Assembly (NCBI GenBank): GCA_025363205.1
Contig: JANYEI010000212.1
Span: 16,854-80,853, forward strand
Length of the DNA stretch: 64,000 nt
Direction: 5' to 3'
DNA from: Frigoribacterium sp.
Lineage (GTDB): Bacteria > Actinomycetota > Actinomycetes > Actinomycetales > Microbacteriaceae
The number at the start of each line of letters is the position of its first letter. Within the stretch, counting starts at the first letter, position 1. Under the pieces are notes generated by a model. That model worked only from the letters and a program-made list of their open reading frames with translations, did no database searches and was not told the origin of the DNA. Position numbers and translations under genes: made by a program. Below, one piece after another: positions 16,453 through 25,937 of this stretch.

Positions 16453-17781
16453 ATGCCGATCAGAAGCAAGGAATCGGAGGGTCATGACCCTCTTTCCGAG
16501 AACACAGCTGGCTACAACTTCACCGACGGCGCCGCGGATGATCTCGCCACGAGCCTGCCGCAGAGCCTCTCCATCGCGGTGAGTCTTCCGACGACCGTGC
16601 ATGCCACGCCCGACGACGAGCTCGCGGTGTCGATCGTGGAGGTCCCCGTGAATCCCGGCTCAATCGAGGTCGTCCAGCCGACGACTCTATCCATTGCCGT
16701 TGTAGCTCCGGCGCCCGCTCCAGAGGCGAAGCCCGAGCTCGTAGTTGTTCCAGAGCTGCCGACGAACGACGAACGTGCCCTGAACCGCCGTGATCTCAGC
16801 CGACGCGAGCGCTCGCGCGGCGACCTCCCCGCGACGCCCGAGGCTGCGAGCATGCTCACTGCGGAGCGGCTCATCAATGTGCGCAAGACGAAGCGCGCGA
16901 AGCCGGAGGGTGGGCTCAACGCCTTTCTTTACGCCGCAACGCTGCACACCGTGAACCGCGGCGACTCGCCAAGAGTGCTGGCCCGCAAGGCCGTGGAGGC
17001 CCGCGTTGACAAGAAGTTCGAGGGGGGAGCCCGCTTCATCCCGGTGCTCACGCGCAAGGGGGGAGTGGGCAAAACCACCATCACCGCGCTGCTCGGGATG
17101 GCGCTGAGCGACATCCGCGAAGACCGCATCATCGCGATCGACGCCAATCCGGACCGCGGCACGCTGTCCGAGCGTGTCAACAAGCAGACACGCTCGACCG
17201 TTCGGGACGTCGTGACACTCGCCCCGACCATTAACAGCTTCAACGACTTCACCACGATGGTGTCGCGTGATGAGACGCGGCTCGACATCCTCGCCTCGGA
17301 TACCGACCCGCTGCTCTCCGAAGCCTTCGACGAGAACGACTACAACGTGGTTGCAGACCTCGCCGCCCGGTTCTACTCGATCGTGCTCACCGACTGCGGA
17401 ACGGGAATCGTGCACTCCGTGATGCGGGCGACACTGCAACGGGCCGATTCCGTGGTGATCGTCTCCGGAGGCAGCGTCGACGAGGCGCGACTCGCATCCG
17501 AAACGCTCACCTGGCTCGAGGCAAACGGCTACCAGGATCTTGTGAAGAATGCGGTGGTGGCCCTCAACACGGCGACCCAGGGCACTAATCTCGTGAAGCT
17601 CGAGGAAATCGAGGCACACTTCAAGTCTCGAGTGCGCGAGATCGTGCGCATTCCCTATGACCCGCAGCTGGCCGCCGGTTCCGTGATCAACTACCGCGAT
17701 CTCAAGCCCCTCACCAAGGCATCAGCCCGCGAACTGGCCGCACTCGTCGCGGACGGCCTGCCCATTCGTCAGGGCGCCTGA
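16453..17781 (+). CDS. MinD/ParA-family ATPase with about 190-aa disordered N-terminal extension (EspI/Ssd-like)
   Basis: C-terminal half has TRKGGVGKTTITALLG Walker A and IIAIDANPDRGTL, which I recognise from the EspI (Rv3876) / Ssd (Rv3660c) class. N-terminal half is low-complexity, Pro/Val/Glu-rich. Confidence 0.75.
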   Translation: MPIRSKESEGHDPLSENTAGYNFTDGAADDLATSLPQSLSIAVSLPTTVHATPDDELAVSIVEVPVNPGSIEVVQPTTLSIAVVAPAPAPEAKPELVVVPELPTNDERALNRRDLSRRERSRGDLPATPEAASMLTAERLINVRKTKRAKPEGGLNAFLYAATLHTVNRGDSPRVLARKAVEARVDKKFEGGARFIPVLTRKGGVGKTTITALLGMALSDIREDRIIAIDANPDRGTLSERVNKQTRSTVRDVVTLAPTINSFNDFTTMVSRDETRLDILASDTDPLLSEAFDENDYNVVADLAARFYSIVLTDCGTGIVHSVMRATLQRADSVVIVSGGSVDEARLASETLTWLEANGYQDLVKNAVVALNTATQGTNLVKLEEIEAHFKSRVREIVRIPYDPQLAAGSVINYRDLKPLTKASARELAALVADGLPIRQGA

Positions 17782-17857
17782 CCGACAGCGGTCGAGCGCC
17801 TCACCGGCCTGGCGGCTGTCGACTTCATCAACCCAACTCGAAAGCGAGCGAACGAGC

Positions 17858-18346
17858 ATGACCGAGCGACAGATCCGAATCTTCGGCGATCCGGTGCTGA
17901 AGACCGTCTCGGATCCGATCGGCCCGGCGGATGACGTGACTGGCCTCATTGACGATCTGATCGACACGGTGAAGATACCCGGTCGTGCCGGAGTGGCCGC
18001 ACCTCAGATAGGGGTAAATCAGCGGGCGTTCAGTTACAACGTCGACGGGCAGATCGGGTACATCATCAACCCGGTCGTGGTGGAGCTGTCGGGTGAGCCG
18101 GAACTCGTGGATGAAGGGTGTCTGTCCGTGCCTGGCTTCTATTTCGAGCGGCTGCGCTTTCCCTTTGCCCGGGTGACCGGAATCGATCTCGAGGGCACTG
18201 CGATCGAGCTGAGTGGTGAAGGAGTATTGGCGCAGGCGCTTCAACACGAGACGGATCATCTCGATGGAAAACTCTATATCGACGGCCTCGAGAATGGCCT
18301 CCGACGAGAGGCGATGCAGGCCATCCGCAATAGCGACTGGTTCTAG
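17858..18346 (+). CDS. def: Peptide deformylase
   Basis: 162 aa. The three PDF motifs: GVAAPQIG, EGCLSVPG, QHETDHLDG. Confidence 0.93.
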   Translation: MTERQIRIFGDPVLKTVSDPIGPADDVTGLIDDLIDTVKIPGRAGVAAPQIGVNQRAFSYNVDGQIGYIINPVVVELSGEPELVDEGCLSVPGFYFERLRFPFARVTGIDLEGTAIELSGEGVLAQALQHETDHLDGKLYIDGLENGLRREAMQAIRNSDWF

Positions 18347-18400
18347 CCTCTTCGGTTGGTGTAGGGGCTCGGCCGTCACACGGGCGTCAGCGGCCTGGCG

Positions 18401-20221
18401 CTAAAGTGACACACCCTCCGTCGTGGGTGCGCTCTGATACATGCCTTCGATGTCAGCGGCACAGTCGGCGAGGATCACGTTGCGCTTGATACTCAGCTTG
18501 GGGGTGAGGTGTCCACTCGCCTCGGTGAGCTCCCGCGTGAGGATTACGAACTTGCGGATCGACTCCGCCCGGGAGACAGTCGCGTTCGCAGCGTCCACCG
18601 CTCGCTGAATCTCTGCGATGACTTTCGGATGCCGCGCCGCCTCCTCGATCGACATTGTGGCGTCTTCGTTGTTGTTGTTGAGCCACACGGGCAGCATCTC
18701 GGGGTCGAGGGTGATCAGAGCCCCGATGAACGGCTTCTGTTCACCCACCACGATCACCTGATCGACGATCGGGTTCGCACGGATGGGATCTTCGAGCTGG
18801 GCTGGCGAGACATTCTTGCCACCGGCGGTAACGATGATCTCCTTTTTGCGTCCGGTGATCGAGAGGTAGCCGTCTTCGTCGAACTCGCCAATGTCGCCGG
18901 TCTTGAACCACTCACCGTCGAAGACCTTTGCGGTCTCCTCGGGGTTCTTCCAGTAGCCGTCAAAAATGTTGATTCCCCTGGCCTGGATCTCGCCGTCCTC
19001 CATGATGCGCACGGAGACGCCCGGAAGCGGCGGCCCCACCTTGCCGATCTTGAATTTTGACGCGCGGTTCACCGAAATCGGCGCAGTGGTCTCGGTGAGC
19101 CCATAGCCCTCGAGAATCGTGATTCCGAGACTGCGGTAGAAGTGGCCGAGCCGAAGGCCGAGGGGAGCCGATCCAGACACCGCAAAGGTGACGTTGCCGC
19201 CCATCGCTTCCCGGATCTTGGACAGCACGAGGCGGTCGAAAAGAGCGAACTGGAGCTTGAGAGCGAGCGGCACGACTCCGGCATCGAGCGCTTTCGAATG
19301 CTCGATGGCGACGGCAGCGGCACGGCGGAAGATCTTGCCCTTGCCACCGCTCTCCGCCTTCTGCTCCGAGGAGTTGTAGACCTTTTCGAACACGCGAGGC
19401 ACTGCGAGTAGGAATGTCGGTTTGAAGGACGCCATTGCCGGGAGCAGTTGCTTCGTGTCGGCCTGGTGGCCAACCTGCACCCCACCGTGAATGCTCAGCA
19501 CGGCAATGAACCGGGCGAAGATGTGGGCCGTCGTGATGAACAGCAGCGTCTTCGACTGCGTGTTCACCACTTCAGGGATCGCCTCGGCCGCATTGCGCGA
19601 GAGCTCCACAAAATTGGAGTGGGTGAGGATGCAGCCCTTTGGGCGTCCCGTGGTGCCTGCTGTGTAAATCAGGGTAGCGAGGTCTGATCCCTTGGCAATC
19701 ACGCGGCGTCGTTCAATCTCGTCGTCCGTTACCTCCGCACCGCTTGCCGCCAGCTTGTCGAGGTCTCCGAGGTTGATCTTCCAGGCATTACGAATGAGGG
19801 GAAGGTCCGCGTAAACCTCGTCGAAGCGGGCAAAGTGGTCTGGTGTCTCCGTGATCATCGCGATCGCGCCGGAATCGGTCAGATTCCACTGCACCTGGCT
19901 GGGGGAGGATGTCTCATACACGGGCACGAGCACCGCGCCAGCGAACCACGTGGCGAAGTCGATGAGTGTCCACTCGTAACGCGTCTTGCACATGAGCCCG
20001 ATTTTGTCGCCCGGCTGGATGCCGGCGGCGACGAGGCCCTTCGCGAGAGCGACCACCTGGGCGAGGAACTCGGAGGCCGAAACATCGGTCCAGCCTCCGG
20101 ACGCGGTGGGAAGCGCGAAGAGCGCGAGATTCGGGGTGGACTTCACCCGGTCGACCAGCAGATCCGTCGCGTTCGCATCGGGATCGGCTGCGACGAGAGC
20201 GGGTATGTCATATTGCTGCAT
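18401..20221 (-). CDS. fadD: Long-chain fatty-acid-CoA ligase (AMP-dependent synthetase, FadD15-like)
   Basis: 606 aa from ATG 20221 (AAGGAG upstream; the track ORF extends to 20404). AMP-binding signature YTAGTTGRPKG, then GYGLTET and TGDIGEFDEDGYLSITGRKKE. Confidence 0.88.
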   Translation of the reverse strand: MQQYDIPALVAADPDANATDLLVDRVKSTPNLALFALPTASGGWTDVSASEFLAQVVALAKGLVAAGIQPGDKIGLMCKTRYEWTLIDFATWFAGAVLVPVYETSSPSQVQWNLTDSGAIAMITETPDHFARFDEVYADLPLIRNAWKINLGDLDKLAASGAEVTDDEIERRRVIAKGSDLATLIYTAGTTGRPKGCILTHSNFVELSRNAAEAIPEVVNTQSKTLLFITTAHIFARFIAVLSIHGGVQVGHQADTKQLLPAMASFKPTFLLAVPRVFEKVYNSSEQKAESGGKGKIFRRAAAVAIEHSKALDAGVVPLALKLQFALFDRLVLSKIREAMGGNVTFAVSGSAPLGLRLGHFYRSLGITILEGYGLTETTAPISVNRASKFKIGKVGPPLPGVSVRIMEDGEIQARGINIFDGYWKNPEETAKVFDGEWFKTGDIGEFDEDGYLSITGRKKEIIVTAGGKNVSPAQLEDPIRANPIVDQVIVVGEQKPFIGALITLDPEMLPVWLNNNNEDATMSIEEAARHPKVIAEIQRAVDAANATVSRAESIRKFVILTRELTEASGHLTPKLSIKRNVILADCAADIEGMYQSAPTTEGVSL

Positions 20222-20416
20222 GGCTACTCCTTCGGGGCCGACACGGGCTCCAGGTCGGAGCCATTCCGTGCCCAATCGGGGTGGGGAGGCAAATAGCAGG
20301 AGGCGCCCCCGTTGTCTAAACTCTAGGTGGTGGCCCCGGGAATCGCCGCACCGCTTGTACCTCTGCCACAATTTGCTCTTCCCCCTCACCCTCCCTCGGA
20401 ACAAAGGTCATCCCGC

Positions 20417-21364
20417 GTGCATGCAATCGGAATCGATATCGGCGGCACCAAGATCGCGGGCGCACTCGTCTCCGAGCTGGGGGAGATCATCGTGGAAGAT
20501 AGGGTGCCAACTCCGACCACCGGGTCTGAGCAGATCGTCGACGCAGTCGTCGCCATGATCGAGCGCCTGCAGGTCGGCCATGAGGTACGGGCCGCTGGCG
20601 TCGCCGCCCCGGGATTCATCGATGCGGCCCAGTCGACGGTGTACTACACGCCGAACATCAGCTGGCGGCACGAGCCACTTCGGGAGCGCCTCACCGACCG
20701 ACTCGACCTCGATATCACAATCGACAACGATGCCAACGCGGCTGGCTGGGCTGAGTTCCGCTTCGGCTCCGGTCGCCTTTACAGCGACATGACCATGCTC
20801 ACCATCGGCACCGGGGTGGGCGGGGCCATCGTCACCCAGGACCGCCTGTTCCGCGGCGGGTTCGGCGCGGGAGCCGAGCTTGGCCATATGCGCGTCGTGC
20901 CCAACGGCCTGCCCTGCGGCTGCGGCGCCCGGGGATGCATCGAGCAGTATGGCTCCGGTCGTGCCCTGCTGCGCATGGCCAATGCGATTGCGGATGTCGG
21001 CGGCATCGGCCTCGGGCTCGCCGCTGCGCGCGAACACAGGGGCGCCCTCACCGGGCCGGATGTCGCGGACCTCATCGTTGCGGGCGACGCTGGTGCTCTG
21101 CAGGCGCTCCGTGAACTCGGTACCTGGCTCGGCCAAGCCTGCGCCTCGCTCAGCGCGGTACTCGATCCGCAGGTGTTCGTCTTCGGCGGCGGCGTCGCGG
21201 TGGCAGGCGACCTTCTCCTCGACCCGATCCGGGAGGCCTACCTCTCTCACCTTCCTGCACGCGGATTCCACCCCGAACCTGCGTTCGTAATCGCCGAACT
21301 GGTGAACGATGCGGGCGTCGTGGGAGCGGCAGACCTGGCGAGACTTCACTCCGAAAGCCGGTAG
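20417..21364 (+). CDS. glk: ROK-family glucokinase
   Basis: Start at GTG 20417 gives VHAIGIDIGGTKIAG (ATP-binding DxGGT). ROK zinc motif CGCGARGCIEQYGSG. Confidence 0.85.
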   Translation: MHAIGIDIGGTKIAGALVSELGEIIVEDRVPTPTTGSEQIVDAVVAMIERLQVGHEVRAAGVAAPGFIDAAQSTVYYTPNISWRHEPLRERLTDRLDLDITIDNDANAAGWAEFRFGSGRLYSDMTMLTIGTGVGGAIVTQDRLFRGGFGAGAELGHMRVVPNGLPCGCGARGCIEQYGSGRALLRMANAIADVGGIGLGLAAAREHRGALTGPDVADLIVAGDAGALQALRELGTWLGQACASLSAVLDPQVFVFGGGVAVAGDLLLDPIREAYLSHLPARGFHPEPAFVIAELVNDAGVVGAADLARLHSESR

Positions 21365-21415
21365 TCAGGCGCGAAGCCGTTAGAGTAAGGCAATCTCTGA
21401 AGGCGCAGGTCACAA

Positions 21416-22105
21416 ATGTTCTACTGGTTCATGAAGAACCTGGTCGCGGGTCCTCTGCTCAAGACCGCCTTCCGTCCCTGGGTCACCGGACACGAGAACA
21501 TCCCGAAAACGGGCGGTGTGATTATGGCGTCCAATCACCTCTCGTTCATCGACTCGGTGTTCTTGCCGCTCGTGATGGACCGTCGCATCAGCTTTCTTGC
21601 CAAGAGCGACTACTACACGGGGCGCGGCACCAAATCGTGGATGATCAAGAACTTCCTCACCGCCACCGGGATGATTCCGATCGACCGTTCCGGGGGCAAG
21701 GCGTCCGAGGCTTCCCTGCAGACCGGTCTCGGTGTGCTTGCGCGCGGTGAAGTGCTCGGCATCTATCCGGAGGGCACCCGGAGCCCCGATGGCCGGCTCT
21801 ACCGGGGTCGCACCGGGGTCGCCCGCATGATTCTCGAGGGCGGCGTTCCCGTGGTGCCGGTGGCGATGATCGATACCGAGAAGGTGATGCCGATCGGATC
21901 GCGACTGCCGAAGGTGCGGCGAATCGGAATTGTCATCGGAAAGCCGCTCGATTTCTCGCGATTCGAGGGCATGGAGGGCGACCGCTTCATCCTTCGCTCA
22001 ATCACCGACGAAATCATGTACGAGCTCAATCGCCTCAGTGGCCAGGAGTACGTGGATGTCTATGCCTCATCGGTCAAGGAGAAGCAGGCTTCACTCAGCC
22101 GGTAG
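21416..22105 (+). CDS. plsC: 1-acyl-sn-glycerol-3-phosphate acyltransferase
   Basis: 229 aa. HX4D motif NHLSFID, plus IYPEGTRS and PVVPVA blocks. Confidence 0.88.
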   Translation: MFYWFMKNLVAGPLLKTAFRPWVTGHENIPKTGGVIMASNHLSFIDSVFLPLVMDRRISFLAKSDYYTGRGTKSWMIKNFLTATGMIPIDRSGGKASEASLQTGLGVLARGEVLGIYPEGTRSPDGRLYRGRTGVARMILEGGVPVVPVAMIDTEKVMPIGSRLPKVRRIGIVIGKPLDFSRFEGMEGDRFILRSITDEIMYELNRLSGQEYVDVYASSVKEKQASLSR

Positions 22106-22186
22106 GCTGGCAAGTCGGGTCACGCGGCTTCTTTCAGCCCGGTCTCAGCCCGATCTCACCCCCCAGCGCATTGAGGAACTACGCCT

Positions 22187-23560
22187 GTGTTTGCCAGCAA
22201 TGATGACCCGGTCGTACTCGCAGATCCGTCCGTAATCGCCGGTCTCGACCACTGGCGCACACTGCCGATCAAGCAGCAGCCCCGGTGGCCGGATTCCTCG
22301 TTGGTGCAGGCAGCCTCGGCGGAGATCGCTTCGCTGCCGCCCCTCATCTTTGCCGGTGAGGTCGACGTGTTGCGTGAGCGTCTCGCCGCCGCCGCGCGCG
22401 GCCAAGCCTTCCTGCTGCAGGGCGGCGACTGCGCCGAGACCTTCGCCGGGGCGACCGCCGACGCCATCCGCAATCGCGTCAAAACGGTGCTGCAAATGGC
22501 TGTGGTGCTCACCTACGGTGCCTCCACCCCAGTGATCAAGATGGGCCGGATGGCCGGACAGTTCGCCAAGCCGCGCTCGAGCGACACCGAGACCCGCGGA
22601 GACGTGACCCTTCCGGCGTACCGCGGCGACATCGTCAACGGCTTCGACTTCACGCCGGAGTCGCGCGAGGCAGATCCCCGCCGTCTCGTGCAGGGGTACC
22701 ACACCTCGGCATCCACGATCAATCTCGTTCGCGCTTTCACGCAGGGTGGTTTCGCCGACCTGCGTCAGGTGCACCGGTGGAATCAGGGCTTCGCTCGCAA
22801 TCCGGCGAACGTGCGTTATGAGCAGATGGCCCACGATATCGACAAGGCCATCAAGTTCATGGAGGCGGCCGGCGCCGATTTCGACGAACTCAAGCGCGTG
22901 GAGTTCTACACGAGTCACGAGAGCCTGCTCATGGACTACGAGCGTCCGATGACGCGAATCGACTCGCGTAACGGCACACCGATCAACACCTCGGCACACT
23001 TCCTCTGGATTGGGGAGCGCACCCGCGACCTCGACGGCGCCCATGTGGATTACATGTCTCGCGTGCGCAACCCGATCGGCGTCAAGCTCGGCCCGACGAC
23101 CAAGATCGACGACATGCTTCGGCTCATCGACAAGCTCGATCCGAACCGCGAGCCCGGACGTCTCACCTTCATTACCCGCATGGGTGCTGGCAAGGTTCGG
23201 GACGCTCTTCCGCCGCTTCTTGAAGCGATCAAGCAGGTCGACGCCAACCCGCTGTGGGTCACCGACCCAATGCACGGCAATGGGCTCACCACTCCCAACG
23301 GCTACAAGACGCGGCGGTTCGACGACGTCGTCGACGAGGTCAAGGGCTTCTTCGAGGCGCACCGGGCGGCGGGAACGTACCCGGGCGGCATCCACATCGA
23401 GCTGACCGGTGACGATGTCACGGAGTGCCTCGGCGGCTCAGAGCAAATCGACGAGGCAACCCTCGCGACCCGGTACGAGTCGCTCTGCGACCCGCGGCTG
23501 AACCACATGCAGTCGCTCGAGCTCGCGTTCCTCGTGGCTGAGGAGCTCGGCGCGCGCTGA
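22187..23560 (+). CDS. aroG: Class II 3-deoxy-7-phosphoheptulonate (DAHP) synthase
   Basis: 457 aa. Length and blocks (FLLQGGDCAE, KMGRMAGQFAKPRS, WIGERTR, TDPMHGN) match plant-like class II DAHPS (Rv2178c type). Confidence 0.9.
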   Translation: MFASNDDPVVLADPSVIAGLDHWRTLPIKQQPRWPDSSLVQAASAEIASLPPLIFAGEVDVLRERLAAAARGQAFLLQGGDCAETFAGATADAIRNRVKTVLQMAVVLTYGASTPVIKMGRMAGQFAKPRSSDTETRGDVTLPAYRGDIVNGFDFTPESREADPRRLVQGYHTSASTINLVRAFTQGGFADLRQVHRWNQGFARNPANVRYEQMAHDIDKAIKFMEAAGADFDELKRVEFYTSHESLLMDYERPMTRIDSRNGTPINTSAHFLWIGERTRDLDGAHVDYMSRVRNPIGVKLGPTTKIDDMLRLIDKLDPNREPGRLTFITRMGAGKVRDALPPLLEAIKQVDANPLWVTDPMHGNGLTTPNGYKTRRFDDVVDEVKGFFEAHRAAGTYPGGIHIELTGDDVTECLGGSEQIDEATLATRYESLCDPRLNHMQSLELAFLVAEELGAR

Positions 23561-23586
23561 CCCCGCTGTGCGAAACGGTACCTCGC

Positions 23587-23669
23587 GAAAGCGTCTTCTG
23601 CGAGAGCGTCTGGTAGCCGAGAGCGTCTGGTAGCCGAGCGTGCCTGGTAGCCGAGAGCGCCTCGTTACC
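23587..23669. repeat. Tandem repeat, 17-nt unit GAGAGCGTCTGGTAGCC x about 5
   Basis: Units at 23602-23618 and 23619-23635 are identical. Diverged units at 23636-23652 and 23653-23669, and a degenerate leading unit at 23587-23601. Shares GCGTCTnnTAGCC with the 17-mer at 11487-11554. Confidence 0.85.
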
Positions 23670-23680
23670 GCGAGTAACGG

Positions 23681-23766
23681 GTTCGCGGATCAGGAGCAGC
23701 GGGATGGATAGGGCGTGTCGCGGGCCCACACCGCGGCGTGTCTCGCACAACTCCTGATCCGCGAAC
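23681..23766. repeat. Long inverted-repeat (hairpin) element, copy C (same geometry, different arms)
   Basis: GTTCGCGGATCAGGAG (23681-23696) is the exact reverse complement of CTCCTGATCCGCGAAC (23751-23766). The core is 54 nt. Confidence 0.85.
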
Positions 23767-23891
23767 AGATCGCCGCACCGTGCGCAGGTTTGCCAGCCGC
23801 GCGGCGAAACGTTCGACAGCATGGCTGACAAACGGGCGCGTGGTCCGCGAAGACCTTCCCCGCACCGGATGGATCCCGAATCCGGACTTGG

Positions 23892-25838
23892 CTAGCCCGA
23901 GAAAACCAGAGTGACCTTGATGTTCGAGCCCTTGTCGGCACTCTGGCCGAACGCCGGATTCGTGGACGCTACTTGGAAGAACGGGGGCAAGGTGTCGGCA
24001 GCGACCTTGTTGTCGTAGGTGAACGTGAAGCCGGCGGCAGTCAGCGCCTTCTTGGCCTTATCCCAGCTCATGCCCACGATATCCGGCACGGCGATCTGCT
24101 CCTTGCCCCTGGAGATCGTCAGCGAGATTGAGCCGCCAGGCCGGATGACCGTACCGTCCGCGACTTCGCCCCCGATCACGTTGCCTGTGGGGACGGTGTC
24201 GCTGAAGTCTTGCCGACCCCGTGTAGCGGTGAGCTGCACGCTATTGAGGGTGCTGGTGGCATCGACGAAACTTTTCCCGGCGACATCCGGAATCGCACCG
24301 GCGGAGACGACGAGTGAAATCGGCTGCTGTTCGCCGTAGGTGGTGGCCTTGACGAGATCGAGGCCACCGGCGCCGGACGCGGCGAGCACGGTGTCTTTCG
24401 CGACCTTCGCGTCGAACTGGCGGGTCGAGTTCTTTGAGTCGTAGGCGAATCGCGCGTCGGTGATCTTCTGGATCGCAGCCTTCTCGGGCTGCCCGACCAG
24501 CACCGGCACCGAGAGCAGTTGAGGCCCGGTGGACAGCAACAGGGTGACCTGGCTGTTCTTGGGCGCGCGGGTGCCGATCTGCGGTGTCGTCTGCACCACC
24601 GCCCCCTTGGGGACCTTCACAGACGGTGCCTGGCCGTACGCGGGATTCACAGTAAACCCGAGCCCGGTGAGCGCCGTCGATGCCGCGGCGGGGGTCTGCC
24701 CGGCGAGATCGGGGATCGCGACCTGCGCCCCTGGTCCGGTGCCGAAGTACCAGCCGGTGCCACCGGCGAGAGCGGCGATGAGGATGACGAGGGCGAACAG
24801 CCAGAATCCCTTGCGTCGCCTCCGGTCGCTCTTCATCGCGAGGGCGTTCGCGGTCTCCGTGAGAATCGGACCGGTGCGATGCCGAGCCTTCGGCGTGAGG
24901 ATCTGGGTATCGCCGGTGCTGGACGGCGAGGCGATCGCGGAGGGCATGATCATCGTGCGCTGGAGGGTGGTGGCCGCGGTGGCCGGCTCATCGAGCCGCA
25001 ACAGCGCTTCCGTCTCGTGAAGCTGGTCGAGCATGGCCTTCGCGTCGCGCGGACGCTGTTCGGGATCCCGGGCTGTGGCCCACAGCACGAGCTCGTCGAG
25101 CTCGGCGGGCACGCGCGGGTTCTTGGTGCTCGGCGTCGGCACGGTGTCGTTGGCGTGCTGGTGAGCGATTTGAAAAGCCTGTTCGCCCTTGAAGGGCTGC
25201 TCGCCGGCCAACATCTCGTAGAGCATGATGCCGACGGCGTAGATGTCGCTTCGCGTGTCGGCGACGCCGCGGGTCACCAGCTCGGGGGAGAGGTATGCAA
25301 TCGTGCCGAGGAGCGCATTTCCCGTGGCCGTGTTCGCGGATGCCGCGCGAGCGAGCCCGAAGTCGCCAATCTTGATCCGCCCATCGTCCGCGAGAAGCAC
25401 GTTCTCCGGTTTGAGGTCGCGGTGCACGATGCCGTTTTTGTGTGCGGCGGCGAGCCCGGCAAGGATGGCCTCCATGATGTCCATCGCCTGCATCGTGGTG
25501 AGCACCTTGTGCTCCATCAGCAGGTCGCGCAGCGTGATGCCCGGCAGGTATTCCATCACCAGGTAGGCGGTCTCGCCATCCTGGCCCTGGTCATACACGT
25601 TCACGACGTTGGGATGCGCGAGCCGCGCCGCCGAGCGCGCCTCCTGGATGAAACGTGCCTTGTATTGCGAATCGTCGGCCAGGTGACCGTGCATGACCTT
25701 GATCGCGACCCGGCGCTCGAGTCGTAGGTCGGTAGCGAGATATACCGTGGCCATGCCGCCGCGCGCAATGCGTGAGCGCACCTGGTAGCGGCCGTCGATG
25801 AGACGTCCGATCAGGGGATCACTGCTGGTGGAGGTCAC
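23892..25838 (-). CDS. Ser/Thr protein kinase with extracellular PASTA repeats (PknB/PknL-type)
   Basis: 648 aa. Hanks kinase motifs (VAIKV, HRDLKPENV, DFGLA), one TM segment (FWLFALVILIAALAGGTGWYF), then about four PASTA-like repeats. Synteny next to aroG matches pknL (Rv2176). Confidence 0.9.
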   Translation of the reverse strand: MTSTSSDPLIGRLIDGRYQVRSRIARGGMATVYLATDLRLERRVAIKVMHGHLADDSQYKARFIQEARSAARLAHPNVVNVYDQGQDGETAYLVMEYLPGITLRDLLMEHKVLTTMQAMDIMEAILAGLAAAHKNGIVHRDLKPENVLLADDGRIKIGDFGLARAASANTATGNALLGTIAYLSPELVTRGVADTRSDIYAVGIMLYEMLAGEQPFKGEQAFQIAHQHANDTVPTPSTKNPRVPAELDELVLWATARDPEQRPRDAKAMLDQLHETEALLRLDEPATAATTLQRTMIMPSAIASPSSTGDTQILTPKARHRTGPILTETANALAMKSDRRRRKGFWLFALVILIAALAGGTGWYFGTGPGAQVAIPDLAGQTPAAASTALTGLGFTVNPAYGQAPSVKVPKGAVVQTTPQIGTRAPKNSQVTLLLSTGPQLLSVPVLVGQPEKAAIQKITDARFAYDSKNSTRQFDAKVAKDTVLAASGAGGLDLVKATTYGEQQPISLVVSAGAIPDVAGKSFVDATSTLNSVQLTATRGRQDFSDTVPTGNVIGGEVADGTVIRPGGSISLTISRGKEQIAVPDIVGMSWDKAKKALTAAGFTFTYDNKVAADTLPPFFQVASTNPAFGQSADKGSNIKVTLVFSG

Positions 25839-25937
25839 CTTTCGAGTCTAGGGATGGCCCGGCAAATCTTGCGGCTAAAACACCGTGAGGTGACCGCTTG
25901 GAATGCGCTTGTGAACGCAATCGTTATCTGCAGCGGA

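Noticed and set aside
22134-22160. Tandem TCAGCCCGRTC x2 followed by TCACCCCCC upstream of aroG.
   Set aside because: There are only two short copies, within the range expected by chance slippage, and no supporting structure or conservation information.
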